A DNA stretch of 64,000 bases from Macrostomum lignano (taxonomy: Eukaryota): contig NIVC01003205.1 of the NCBI GenBank assembly GCA_002269645.1, positions 47,717 through 111,716 of the forward strand. Reading direction: 5' to 3'. Of the stretch, positions 37,238 through 51,431 are shown one piece after another. The notes under the pieces were generated by a model. The model was not told where the DNA came from. It did not search any database and saw only the letters and a list, made by a program, of their open reading frames with translations. Positions within the stretch are counted from its first letter, which is position 1. Every line of letters starts with the position of its first letter. The position numbers and the translations under genes are program-made.

Positions 37238-37975
37238 TTGGAATAAGTTTCAAAAACCCGCGGACGCGCGACACAGGTGCCAAAATTGTGCCCTCAAAAG
37301 TGCAACGCGACACCAAATTTTATTGACTGGGGGGGGGGGCGGCAACGCGCGACACAACACCGATGTCTGTTGACCGAATGACTGGGAGGGGGGGAAGGAC
37401 GCCACAGCAGCCACGTTGCAATTGATAATTCTCGTTCTGCTGTTCACTCCCGACACCAAGACCATGGAGCAAGGGACAAGAGTATTCCTTTCAATTTTGC
37501 GGAAAAAGAAATGAAATTTAAAAACAATAAACAGTAAAACAACAAAGGTACAACAGTTAGAAAAACAGCGCATGCATTGTAACTAACAAGTAACATTTCT
37601 AAAAATTATATTTGAAGTATTAGTTATTTTACCGTCAAAATAAAAAAGAACAATTCAAGAATTAGTTTTTATCAAACATGTTTGAAACATTTAAATACTG
37701 AGAAACAACCGTGAACATATTATTACAATGAAACACAGTTTGCGAGGTTTTGGCTACAGATCTAGGCCGCAACGCGACACATGACGACACCAGCCGCCAA
37801 GTTGCCACACTTTTGCGTCTTGTGTCGTGTCGCGCGACATGACGCATGATGATACCAGGTTTCCACAGTGTCGCGCGACGCTACACACCACTTGAGACCA
37901 CTGTTGCGCGACGCGACACCAGGAGAATCCAAAAATGCGATGGACAGTAGTCTGGGTTTTGTCAACTTATTCCAA
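37238..37975. mobile_element. ~740-bp MITE with ~22-bp imperfect TIRs and subterminal CGCGACAC motifs
   Basis: ta|ttggaataagtttcaaaaaccc versus gggttttgtcaacttattccaa|ta. Multiple cgcgacac/gtgtcgcg copies near both ends. Confidence 0.6.
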
Positions 37976-39120
37976 TATGGCTTCACTCTTATTTCAACAA
38001 ATAAAAAACTCGGAAAACATCTTTCAATATTTACTTGAAACACTTCTTAACTATATTACTGTTTAAACTGCAAAAACAAATTGTGAAACGAGACCAAACA
38101 GGTTGCTCTTCTCTCAGCAAAATTCGCTTCTATTTATACCAATTTTTAGGTCTAGTTTTAACAAAAAATAAATTGTGAAAATATTTTGGAAAACGTGAAT
38201 AATAAAACAAAATGTCATTCTTAGTTTTAGCACAAGTTTAAAATGCGTACTAGCAATTGAATTTTTTACATAAAATGAGAAGGGCCTTCCTCATAATGTT
38301 ATAGTAATAAATTTCTATAAATAATAAATTTGTCAACTTAAGTTTAGTATAAAAAAGTATAGCAACGTAATTCTTAAAACTAGTATGCCATTGAAATTGA
38401 GTGAAAGCTACTGTAAATTAATTATTTTAAATAAATTAAATTAAATTAAATTTTAAATTATAGATTTGTTAACCTAAATTTTTCTTATGGAAATGCTGTG
38501 CTTTTTTGCTGGGTTTTTAATGCTTTTTTGATTCACCTTTGTGAAATGTATGATGTACAAAACCTAATTAATCAAAAATCAAAATTTCAATAATAAAAAA
38601 TTGAAATTGAATATATTCGAGTATAAAAACTTAAATCTGCACTTTTTAATAGTGGACTTTGTGGGTGCTCAGATCATTGGCACAAATTGGAGCTTACTTA
38701 ATTGAATACTTGTTTAGCAAATCATGTAATCACAAATGTATTACAAATCATGAATCAAACAACATGCAGTTGACAAATTTTACCTGTTGACAAATTTACT
38801 AGTTGACGAATATACTACAGTTGACAGCAGTTGACGAGTCTACCAGCACCTATAGCCTATAGGCTATATGCTAGGCCTAGGCCTATTAGCCAATAATATA
38901 TAGCAAAATATTATTAACATTGCTTTAGGACTTTCACTGACATTGCTAGCTATTATTATTACAAGCTATAGCAATATATCTATGATTATATATAAATAAT
39001 ATTCTATAGGCCCTCTATAAATTGCAATAAATATTTATAACAATCAATGTCTATCAACTTAAATGCTTTATGGACTTTTATTTCTTTTCTTTTTTATCTC
39101 TCCTTTTTTCTTACTTATTT

Positions 39121-39756
39121 CTAGTGTTCTGTCATAAGGAGGGTCCATGTACCGTAGCCATAGCCATAAGCAAGACTAAGCAAAACTACGGCTTACTCCA
39201 ATTCTCCATAATCCGTAGCCATAGGGACCCCGAAATTACCATATTCCCGTAGTTCCCATAGCCATAGTTTTAACAAAAAGTCTAAAAAACAAAATATTTG
39301 AATAAAGAAGATAACCTAGTGCTTAAACAACTGCAAATTAAATTAGAAAATAAAAGAAACACTTAATTGTCTTTAAGATTATATTTTGTCTTTTTTCAGA
39401 GCAACAATGCTTAATCGTTATTGAAAGTACTAATGCTAAAAATTTTACACATTAATAAAAATTAGAGTTTGCTAGTGTTTTATTGTATATTTTATAAGTT
39501 TCTAGGTTGATAATACAGTTTACTAAAAGTATCTTTGTTTTACTCTACATGTTTCTAATATTTTTTTCAATTTTTAACATTAATAACTATGGCTACGGGA
39601 ATCTACGGAAAGTGACAGCAACTACCATATTTCCATAGTCGTAGCCGTAAGAGCAGCTAGCTACCGTAGGCGTATCCGTAGCTGCCATAGGCACCTATTT
39701 TACTGTATTTTCTGTAGGATCCTGTAGCCATAGCTATGGCTACAGCAGAACACTAG
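39121..39756. mobile_element. Degenerate MITE-like element with inverted ends and CCATAG/CCGTAG motifs
   Basis: ctagtgttctg (39121) / cagaacactag (39746-39756), plus inner inverted match ccatagccatagtt vs aactatggctacgg. No clean TSD. Confidence 0.4.
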
Positions 39757-41267
39757 CATTATCATTATCACCTGTTTTTTGTGCTAATATGTCAAATTGA
39801 ATTGCCAATATATTTTTGTTTTCTACTCTGTTTAGCCACTATCTGTGCTTAAATTTTCTGTGCCAGTGTGGTGAGCTAGATTTTCTATGCCACATTAGAG
39901 TCTAGTAGGGCTTTCTCTATAATAATCATAATGATGCCACCAGCTATGGTAGGGCTACTTCTTCAAATTCCTACCCTGTAAATTTCCTAAAGCTGCTGCC
40001 AAATTTGTAACAGTACTGATTTCTCTTTTATCTAATTTATTCCACTGCTGACACCAAAGTTGTTCTAATAGTCCCTATAATTCTTGTACTTTTACAGATA
40101 TTTGTACTTCTAGTAGCATATATCTACTGGTAGCGCATGTAAAAATCTACTGGTAGCATATGTATATATACTGTACTTCTGTACTACTGTACTGTACTCA
40201 GACTCTGAGTCTTGACTATTCTACCCTATGGTAGGATTTCTACCTTCTAAGGGTGATTTCTCAGATTTTAAATCTAGATGTCTCATTCTCTAAGAACAGA
40301 TTGAATTCTCCCAATCTTGGGGCTATTCCTAAGTCACTATCTACTACTCAAAATAAGTAACATGAGAGCAAATACAAGCCCTGAGGCTGGTTGACTTTCT
40401 TTTCCAAATATAATAACTGGAGAGATGCTTTGCAAGCTATGATTATAAGAACAGTTATTGTTCAATCAAACATGAAAATGAGGATGATTTATTTGACTAG
40501 GCTCTCAGATGGCCCCTATTTATAGTAAAATTTCTCCTTACTATTTTAAACAAAAAAACAAATATAAAATATACAAAAAATACAAAATTTTTCTAATATT
40601 TGTATAGTATAACAAACAATAGAGTTTTGAATTTTTAAATTTATAAGAAAGTCTATTAAAAATGAAGCCTATTACAAGAGCTTAAATTTAAAACTGCACT
40701 TGACAGTCTTTGCCAAAAGGGCTAATAAATCCAATAATGTTTTATATGTAGAAAAATTATCTGCTTATCAAAATAGACAAAAATATGTTTTCTGGCCAAT
40801 AGTTTTTTTAATGATTTTTGAAGACTAAATTAATTCTCTTTATAGTAAGAATTATTTTTAAATTATCAAACAATTTCTTATTATCATGGCTTTTTTATAA
40901 GCTTAGAACTATTGAAATTTTCCTTTTTGCTTTCACACTTTTCATTTTTCTGCCATTGTATATGATAAAAGACAATTTACTGATTAAAGAAATCCATTTT
41001 TTCTTATATAGTAATTTTAAAGGAATACATTAAAGTAAAATTAAATGATATGCATTGTTTCTTCATATTAGTATTTAGATAAAAATAAATTGTAGATAAA
41101 AAACAAATGTTTAGATTTTTGTTTTGGAAATAAAAGTAGTTTATAGTTTAATGTTAAATATCATAACTGTCTTCTTCCTCATTCATTTCGCATGTTATAT
41201 GAGACCTGTTCTCTGCAAATCTGTGCTAGCAATTTTTGAAAGTCTTTTGCTTGTCTTACTTATCCAG

Positions 41268-42456
41268 GCTGCAGAATCTGGACAAAAACAGCTTACTGGC
41301 ACTCTGCCAGAAGCTTCTGAGAATGAGCCTGGATTGATTAAACACGAGCCTCTGGAGCCCGCAGGCCCAGCTGTGATATCTCTAATTCACTCTGACGAAT
41401 CCCAGGAGATGATGTTGTCCGCCTCACGAATGCACGCCTGCGCAACCTGTAACCTGCGCTTCAGCACTGCCTCTTCTCTCAAGTGCCACGAAAAAGTGCA
41501 TGTGGAAAAAGAGACCATTGTCTGTGTGTTCTGTGGACTGGTGTTGAATGCCATGTCGCAGTTGAATTTGCACATGCTCAATGAGCATCGCGATGTGAGT
41601 ACGAAGGAGGAGCATGGAAGCCAGCACCATTGCGAGGAATGCGACCGCTACTTTGCAACTGCCCGCAGCTTGCGGCATCACCAGCAGATCCGCCACCTCA
41701 AGGAGGGGCTAATCCAATGCGATGTGTCTGGCTGTGATGCCAAGTGAGTAGCTGGATTTATATAAATTACTCTTAGATAAGTAGATTGTCCTTAAAATTG
41801 ACTCAACCAATCTTGTGCTTCTAATTGTTGGCTTTTTCGAATGGGTTAGTTATTAAAATGACCCAATATGCCTAGACGAGTCTTCCGAGACGAATAGTCG
41901 CGCTTAAAGTGACAAGTGCAACTGTCCTCCATATTTCAGATTCAACACTAACTCCTGCTTGCGCAAGCACATCCAGCGAGTGCATCTCAAGCTACGGCCG
42001 CATGCATGTCCGATCTGTTCAAAGCGATTCAACGATACCAATGCTCTCACGGGTCATATGCGGGTGCATAGTGGTGAAAGACCGCACGAGTGCCCGGTTT
42101 GTAACAAACGATTCTCGGAGTCCACCACCTTAAAGAAGCACAAGCTGACGCACACCGGAGAGAAGCCGTATCAGTGCACCGTATGCTCCAAGCGCTTTGG
42201 CCAAATCGGCCACCTGCAGACGCACAAGAAAATCCACACCAACACGAAGGAGTTCAAATGCGATCAATGCGACCAGTACTTCCGCACTGGATCCGCTAGG
42301 CGTATGCACGCTCTACGGGCGCATTCAACTGAACGACCATTTAGATGCGACTTCTGTGACAAAGGCTTCGTATCTGCGTGCAAGCTGCGCGAGCACAGGC
42401 AGAGGCATATTGCCAAGCTGGGCGCCAATCCTTCGTCATCAAGCTCCTCAGTTTGA
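41268..42456 (+). CDS. C2H2 zinc-finger protein (9 fingers), 5' end not identified
   Basis: Exons 41268-41743 and 41940-42456 join in phase 2 (CDVSGCDAK|FNTNSCLRKHIQRVH). Linkers HSGERPHEC and HTGEKPYQC. Confidence 0.9.
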
Positions 42457-43006
42457 GCACTCCCGCTCTGCGTAGTGTTGGGTTTACTTTAAGAGCCTCT
42501 CCTGCGGGTGTTAATTCCCCCGTATTTTCCGTAATATAAATTCCCGTTTTATTTGACTTTTTATTGCTTATTTGCTTAAAGATAGCACGTAATACAGTTT
42601 AGCAAATCTTGCTTGTATTCAGAGTACAATTAGCATTAAACTAGTAAAATTGATGGAATTTTCTTAATACATTACTTCTTACTGACGCGTTCTTTGCTTG
42701 TACGTTTATGCTCGTATGCCTTCCTATTAAATCTTGACCTTTTCCTATCATTAGCTAGCTCAGTTTTATAATACGTAATTTGTTTAATCTTACATGCGCT
42801 CGTTTCGTTTGAACCTTGTAAGACATTTATACATGCTTATTGAAGACAAACTGCAATTATGCTTTAATTGTTAGAGGCTCAACCAGAGTAGCTATGCCCC
42901 TGAACTTTTGGGATAATGAGCTGTGCATCTGCAGACACTGTTAAATGCTTTCGCTGGTTGTGGCGACCGTGTATGCTTTGATTGCTGTAATCATGGTGAA
43001 AGCCAG

Positions 43007-44023
43007 TTTCCCAAGTCTCCATGAGCACTAGCTTGGACCAGCGATTCTGTGAGGAATGCAGGCAGTAAGGTTTCCCAAGTCTCCATGAGCACTAGCTTGG
43101 ACCAGCGATTCTGTGAGGAATGCAGGCAGTAAGGTTTCCCAAGTCTCCATGAGCACTAGCTTGGACCAGCGATTCTGTGAGGAATGCAGGCAGTAAGGTT
43201 TCCCAAGTCTCCATGAGCACTAGCTTGGACCAGTGTGAGGAATGCAGGCAGTAAGGTTTCCCAAGTCTCCATGAGCACTAGCTTGGACCAGTGTGAGGAA
43301 TGCAGGCAGTAAGGTTTCCCAAGTCTCCATGAGCACTAGCTTGGACCAGTGTGAGGAATGCAGGCAGTAAGGTTTCCCAAGTCTCCATGAGCACTAGCTT
43401 GGACCAGCGATTCTGTGAGGAATGCAGGCAGTAAGGTTTCCCAAGTCTCCATGAGCACTAGCTTGGACCAGCGATTCTGTGAGGAATGCAGGCAGTAAGG
43501 TTTCCCAAGTCTCCATGAGCACTAGCTTGGACCAGTGTGAGGAATGCAGGCAGTAAGGTTTCCCAAGTCTCCATGAGCACTAGCTTGGACCAGTGTGAGG
43601 AATGCAGGCAGTAAGGTTTCCCAAGTCTCCATGAGCACTAGCTTGGACCAGCGATTCTGTGAGGAATGCAGGCAGTAAGGTTTCCCAAGTCTCCATGAGC
43701 ACTAGCTTGGACCAGCGATTCTGTGAGGAATGCAGGCAGTAAGGTTTCCCAAGTCTCCATGAGCACTAGCTTGGACCAGCGATTCTGTGAGGAATGCAGG
43801 CAGTAAGGTTTCCCAAGTCTCCATGAGCACTAGCTTGGACCAGCGATTCTGTGAGGAATGCAGGCAGTAAGGTTTCCCAAGTCTCCATGAGCACTAGCTT
43901 GGACCAGCGATTCTGTGAGGAATGCAGGCAGTAAGGTTTCCCAAGTCTCCATGAGCACTAGCTTGGACCAGCGATTCTGTGAGGAATGCAGGCAGTAAGG
44001 TTTCCCAAGTCCATGAGCATTAG
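43007..44023. repeat. Tandem repeat of 64-bp and 58-bp units, 16 full copies
   Basis: Unit tttcccaagtctccatgagcactagcttggaccag[cgattc]tgtgaggaatgcaggcagtaagg. Order is L3 S3 L2 S2 L6. Confidence 0.97.
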
Positions 44024-44844
44024 TTTAGGGCTTGTTGAAGGCTATGACTATGTATGCGATTCATGTAGCCTACTCCAGTGCAGTGAATGTTGAAAGCCAT
44101 GTTCCGCCGCACCCATTGCCGTCAGTATGCGCAACACTAACACGGTACAAGCTCATTAGAAATATTTGAATACTTAATATTAGGTATACTTATTTAGATA
44201 TTTAGATTTGATTGCGAAATTCTCAATAACTCGTTTTTATAGTGGCTAAATCGATTACTGTACTACGAGTTATACATTTTAAGTGCTTTATTATTACTCT
44301 TTAATATTTAAATTAGTTTCTCTAACAAATGCTGCAAATCGTTTTGCACTGTTAATCAGACGAGCTCTTGTCTCGTTTATCCGATTCAAACTTGCCTCAT
44401 TTGCTCCTGTTCCTGCACTGCTATCCTTTGTTTGAGTCGATTGCGAGCACTGGGAGAAAATAATGTGATGCTGTCTTTGAGTGTGCCAATAAACGAGTGC
44501 AGAAAAGTTTCCGTCTTGTCTAATTTTCATTTCAATGAATATTGAATTCCATTTTCACATTACTTTTAGGCTTTAGCAAATTCTCTGCGTCGAACCGGCA
44601 CTAAGTAAACTTCATCTAGCAACTTAAATAAGTTTTTGCTTTTAGTACAGCAGGTCTATAATTATTTACAGAAAATTCACTGAGAAAATTAGTCGAATAT
44701 ACAAAAGATGAAGCTACTTAGTGAGTAGTAGAATATGTGGTGTTTTAACCATATGTTAAGTAGTATAGGTAACCTATAACAATATTTCAAATGTTGAAAA
44801 TTTCACGCTCAATGTCCGTTTTTACAGCTCGCAGCCCCGATAAG

Positions 44845-45288
<444 letters not shown>

Positions 45289-45739
45289 TTGATTGACTCG
45301 GCGGGCTTGAGTGATGCTTGTTGTCTGATACGCTTGCTCTGGAGCAAGACTGCGGTGTTGATGTTTAGCAGCGGGGCATTGCTAAGGAAAATGTTTGACG
45401 TTGAAATAAACGTAGTGAAGTGTAGAACCAAATATCGATTTGGATCAAAGAAAATGTTTTTGTTTTGATTTTATCGTTATTTCGAATGCCAGTAGATCCA
45501 GTTTGACATTAAGATCTAAGCATTCTAAGAATGGGTGCCGATGAGCATTCCAGGCTAAAAGCGCAGCTGATTTTCAAGTTCTCTAATAGTTAAAAATTCC
45601 ACTACAAGACAGAAAACTATCGCCGTCGCATCAGCGGTCATCAAATTACAAGTATTAAACGGTTGTCCGACGTTTCTTGTGTTTAGTTTTAATCGGTGAA
45701 TTCAAGGAAAAATAATCTAATATTTCTAATCACTTTTCT

Positions 45740-46200
45740 TTACACATCCTGCACAGTCTGATGACATTGTACATTATACGTGTACATTTTCATTCTGTAC
45801 GTACAGCTGCAGCATCTACAATCTGATGACATGATACATGTATATATACATGTATTCGTACTGTACATGTACGTGCAGCATCTGCAATCTGATGGCATGG
45901 TACGTGTACATTCATATATATACATTCATATATATTATATATGTACATTCATATATAACTGTACTACAGTATATGTGCACTCTTACAGCTGCAGCATCTA
46001 CAATCTGATGACATGGTACATACACACTGTACGGTACAGCTGCAGTGTCTATACAGTCTAATGTACGAGTTATATTGACATGGTAGATGTGTACTATATT
46101 ACTGTACATGTACAGTTCCAGCATCTATACACTCTGACTAAATGACATGGTACATGTGCACTCTACTGTTAGGTACAACTGCAGCATCTACAGCCCATTG
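45740..46200. repeat. Degenerate tandem repeat / low-complexity tract
   Basis: Recurrent gcagcatctacaatctgatgacatg blocks (~45808, 45875, 45989, 46117, 46180) embedded in tacatgta-rich sequence. Confidence 0.65.
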
Positions 46201-46807
46201 TATTGAATGACATTGGTGCGTGCAGTACCGTATATATAGTTCCAATAATTATAAAAAGTTATATACCCCATGTGCTCGCTCTTAATTATAAGTTTTAGAG
46301 TTTTGCAATTTCAGGCAATTGCATTCTGTGAGATCGGAACTTTAAGACATTCATGGACTTCTTAATTACATACATGTGGGTGTTAAAGATTAATTGAATT
46401 TCCTGATAATAGTAGTTGCGCTGCATGAGTTTCGTTTGTTATTAAAAATGAAAAAGATGATTGTAGGTCGAAGACCTTTCATATTTAAGATATTTGAAAT
46501 TCTTTTCTAAACGTAAGATGATCAAATTGAAATTTCTTGGACATATTTTTCTTGTGAGTCATAAATTGTTCTGTTCTCCATTCATTAGGTTAGAACTTCA
46601 GGTCGAAATTCCGAAGCGATCCAAAACCATTCAGTTGTACTTGAGATAACATAAAAGGCAAACTCAAATATTACCACGAGCGTAGCTTTCGATAACTTCA
46701 AAAGGGCGCAGCCAATTCTATGAGTCCCAGCTTCCGCAGTCTGCACAGGGCGATAGCAACTACTTTTGCTTGTTTGTTGATCATCTTGCTTCACTGATGC
46801 TACAAAA

Positions 46808-49800
46808 GGCACTAGAATCCCATAACAATGGCACTAGAATCCCATAACAATGGCACTAGAAGCCCATAACAATGGCACTAGAATCCCATAACAATGGCAC
46901 TAGAATCCCATAACAATGGCACTAGAATCCCATAGAAATGGCACTAGAATCCCATAACAATGGCACTAGAATCCCATAACAATGGCACTAGAAGCCCATA
47001 ACAATGGCACTAGAATCCCATAACAATGGCATTAGAATCCCATAACAATGGCACTAGAATCCCATAACAATGGCACTAGAATCCCATAACAATGGCACTA
47101 GAATCCCATAACAATGGCACTAGAAGCCCATAACAATGGCACTAGAATCCCATAACAATGGCACTAGAATCCCATAACAATGGCACTAGAATCCCATAAC
47201 AATGGCACTAGAATCCCATAACAATGGCACTAGAATCCCATAACAATGGCATTAGAATCCCATATCAATGGCATTAGAATCCCATATCAATGGCACTAGA
47301 ATCCCATAACAATGGCACTAGAATCCCATAACAATGGCACTAGAATCCCATAACAATGGCATTAGAATCCCATATCAATGGCACTAGAATCCCATAACAA
47401 TGGCACTAGAATCCCAGAGAAATGGCACTAGAAGCCCATAACAATAACACTAGAATCCCAGAGAAATGGCACTAGAATCACATAACAATGGCACTAGAAT
47501 CCCATAACAATGGCACTAGAATCCCATAACAATGGCACTAGAATCCCATAACAATGGCACTAGAATCCCATAACAATGGCACTAGAATCCCATAACAATG
47601 GCACTAGAATCCCATAACAATGGCACTAGAATCCCATAACAATGGCACTAGAATCCCATAACAATGGCACTAGAATCCCATAAAAATGGCACTAGAAGCC
47701 CATAACAATGGCACTAGAATCCCAGAGAAATGGCACTAGAATCACATAACAATGGCACTAGAATCCCATAACAATGGCACTAGAATCCCAGAGAAATGGC
47801 ACTAGAATCACATAACAATGGCACTAGAATCCCATAGAAATGGCACTAGAATCCTATAGAAATGGCATTAGAATCCCATAACAATGGCACTAGAATCACA
47901 TAACAATGGCACTAGAATCCCATAACAATGGCACTAGAATCCCATAGAAATGGCACTAGAATCCCATAACAATGGCATTAGAATCCCATAACAATGGCAC
48001 TAGAATCCCAGAGAAATGGCACTAGAATCACATAACAATGGCACTAGAATCCCATAGAAATGGCACTAGAATCCCATAACAATGGCATTAGAATCCCATA
48101 ACAATGGCACTAGAATCACATAACAATGTCACTAGAATCCCAGAGAAATGGCACTAGAATCCCATATCAATGGCACTAGAATCCCATAACAATGGCATTA
48201 GAATCCCAGAGAAATGGCACTAGAATCCCATAAATGGCACTAGTAGAATCCCATAACAATGGCACTAGAATCCCATAAATAGCACTAGTAGAATCCCATA
48301 ACAATGTCACTAGAAGCCCAGAGAAATGGCACTAGAATCCCATATCAATGGCACTAGAATCCCATAGAAATGGCACTAATAGAAATGGCACTAGAATCCC
48401 ATAGAAATGGCACTAGAATCCCATAACAATGGCATTAGAATCCCACAACAATGGCATTAGAATCCCATAACAATGTCACTAGAAGCCCAGAGAAATGGCA
48501 CTAGAATCCCATATCAATGGCACTAGAATCCCATAACAATGGCATTAGAATCCCATAGAAATGGCACTAGAATCCCATAGAAATGGCACTAGAATCCCAT
48601 AACAATGGCATTAGAATCCCATAACAATGGCATTAGAATCCCATAACAATGTCACTAGAAGCCCAGAGAAATGGCACTAGAATCCCATATCAATGGCACT
48701 AGAATCCCATAACAATGGCACTAGAATCCCATATCAATGGCACTAGAATCCCATAACAATGGCATTAGAATCCCAGAGAAATGGCACTAGAATCCCATAA
48801 ATGGCACTAGTAGAATCCCATAACAATGGCACTAGAATCCCATAAATGGCACTAGTAGAATCCCATAACAATGGCACTAGAATCCCATAACAATGGCACT
48901 AGAAGCCCAGAGAAATGGCACTAGAATCCCATAACAATGGCACTAGAATCCCATAACAATGTCACTAGAAGCCCAGAGAAATGGCACTAGAATCCCATAA
49001 CAATGGCACTAGAATCCCAGAGAAATGGCACTAGAATCACATAACAATGGCACTAGAATCCCATAACAATGGCATTAGAATCTCATAACAATGGCACTAG
49101 AATCCCATAGAAATGGCACTAGAATCCCATAACAATGGCATTAGAATCCCATAACAATGGCACTAGAATCCCATAGAAATGGCACTAGAATCCCATAACA
49201 ATGGCATTAGAATCCCATAACAATGGCACTAGAATCCCATAGAAATGGCACTAGAATCCCATAACAATGGCATTAGAATCCCATAACAATGGCACTAGAA
49301 TCCCATAACAATGGCACTAGAATCCCATAACAATGGCACTAGAATCTCATAACAATGGCACTAGAATCCCATAACAATGGCACTAGAATCCCATAACAAT
49401 GGCACTAGAATCCCATAACAATGGCACTAGAATCCCATAACAATGGCACTAGAATCCCATAACAATGGCACTAGAATCCCATAAGAATGGCATTAGAATC
49501 CCATAACAATGGCACTAGAATCCCATAGAAATGGCACTAGAATCCCATAACAATGGCACTAGAATCCCATAACAATGGCACTAGAATCCCATAACAATGG
49601 CATTAGAATCCCATAACAATGGCACTAGAATCCCATAACAATGGCACTAGAATCCCATAACAATGGCATTAGAATCCCATAACAATGGCACTAGAATCCC
49701 ATAACAATGGCACTAGAATCCCATAACAATGGCACTAGAATCACATAACAATGGCACTAGAATCCAATAGAATGGCACTAGAATCCAATAGAATGGCACT

Positions 49801-50894
49801 AGAATCCCATAACAATGGCATTAGAATCCCATAACAATGGCACTAGAATCCCATAGAAATGGCACTAGAATCCCATAACAATGGCATTAGAATCCCATAA
49901 CAATGGCACTAGAATCCCATAACAATGGCACTAGAATCCCATAACAATGGCACTAGAATCCCATAACAATGGCACTAGAATCCCATAACAATGGCACTAG
50001 AATCCCATAACAATGGCACTAGAATCCCATAACAATGGCACTAGAATCCCATAACAATGGCACTAGAATCCCATAACAATGGCACTAGAATCCCATAAGA
50101 ATGGCATTAGAATCCCATAACAATGGCACTAGAATCCCATAGAAATGGCACTAGAATCCCATAACAATGGCACTAGAATCCCATAACAATGGCACTAGAA
50201 TCCCATAACAATGGCATTAGAATCCCATAACAATGGCACTAGAATCCCATATCAATGGCACTAGAATCCCATAACAATGGCACTAGAATCACATAACAAT
50301 GGCACTAGAATCCAATAGAATGGCACTAGAATCCAATAGAATGGCACTAGAATCCCATAACAATGGCATTAGAATCCCATAACAATGGCACTAGAATCCT
50401 ATAGAAATGGCACTAGAATCCCATAACAATGGCACTAGAATCCCATAACAATGGCACTGGAATCCTATAGAAATGGCACTAGAATCACATAACAATGGCA
50501 CTAGAATCCCATAACAATGGCACTAGAATCCTATAGAAATGGCACTAGAATCACATAACAATGGCATTAGAATCCCATAACAATGGCACTAGAATCCCAT
50601 AACAATGGCACTAGAATCCCATAACAATGGCACTAGAATCACATAACAATGGCACTAGAATCCAATAGAATGGCACTAGAATCCAATAGAATGGCACTAG
50701 AATCCCATAACAATGGCATTAGAATCCCATAACAATGGCACTAGAATCCTATAGAAATGGCACTAGAATCCCATAACAATGGCACTAGAATCCCATAACA
50801 ATGGCACTGGAATCCTATAGAAATGGCACTAGAATCACATAACAATGGCACTAGAATCCCATAACAATGGCACTAGAATCCTATAGAAATGGCA
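46808..50894. repeat. 22-bp minisatellite, ~186 copies (4.1 kb)
   Basis: Unit ggcactagaatcccataacaat with recurrent variants. Confidence 0.99.
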
Positions 50895-51431
50895 TCGTTC
50901 AAACGCAGAAGTGCGTCCAAAACAGCTTTGGTTCCTGAGTGCTTGGATCTATAATTTTGCTTGTTTCTTTACTTCCATTTTTTATTTCCTGACTGCAGTT
51001 GCTCCTGCGCTCCTTTAGCTTTGGTCTGACCAGTTGTCTTGATTTCCGCGTTTAAGCGCGGTGCCTCATTGACTTGTGACTTGTGGTGATTTACCAGTGG
51101 TGCAGCTTTCCCTCTATCTACCTATAGTAAATCTGAGTTGTTACAAAATTAAATGGACACAGAGTGCTGTACGAATGTACATGAACACGCCAGGGAGTAG
51201 TACACAGTCTAGCCAGTAGACAAGCATTTGACATTGCAGTGTGCGGTACGCATACATGCTTTACAATAGCGTACCAGCAGCTGTAAAAGCGTGCATTTGT
51301 CTCCTAAATGTATTGGGCCTTCCGACTAGCTATCTGCATGGTCAGTGATACACATTAGATGAACGGTTTTCTGCGTCACCTTGGAGAATTCAGTAAGCGT
51401 AGTCAGCATTGTCCATCGCAACACTTTGCGG

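Noticed and set aside
35543-37326. Cluster of repetitive ORFs (AVILSAVK, SHFVG, QSFC)
   Set aside because: Frames of the 15-bp foldback arrays.
45750-46020. Repeated CTGATGA as a hammerhead ribozyme core
   Set aside because: No stem II followed by GAAA, and no closing helices.
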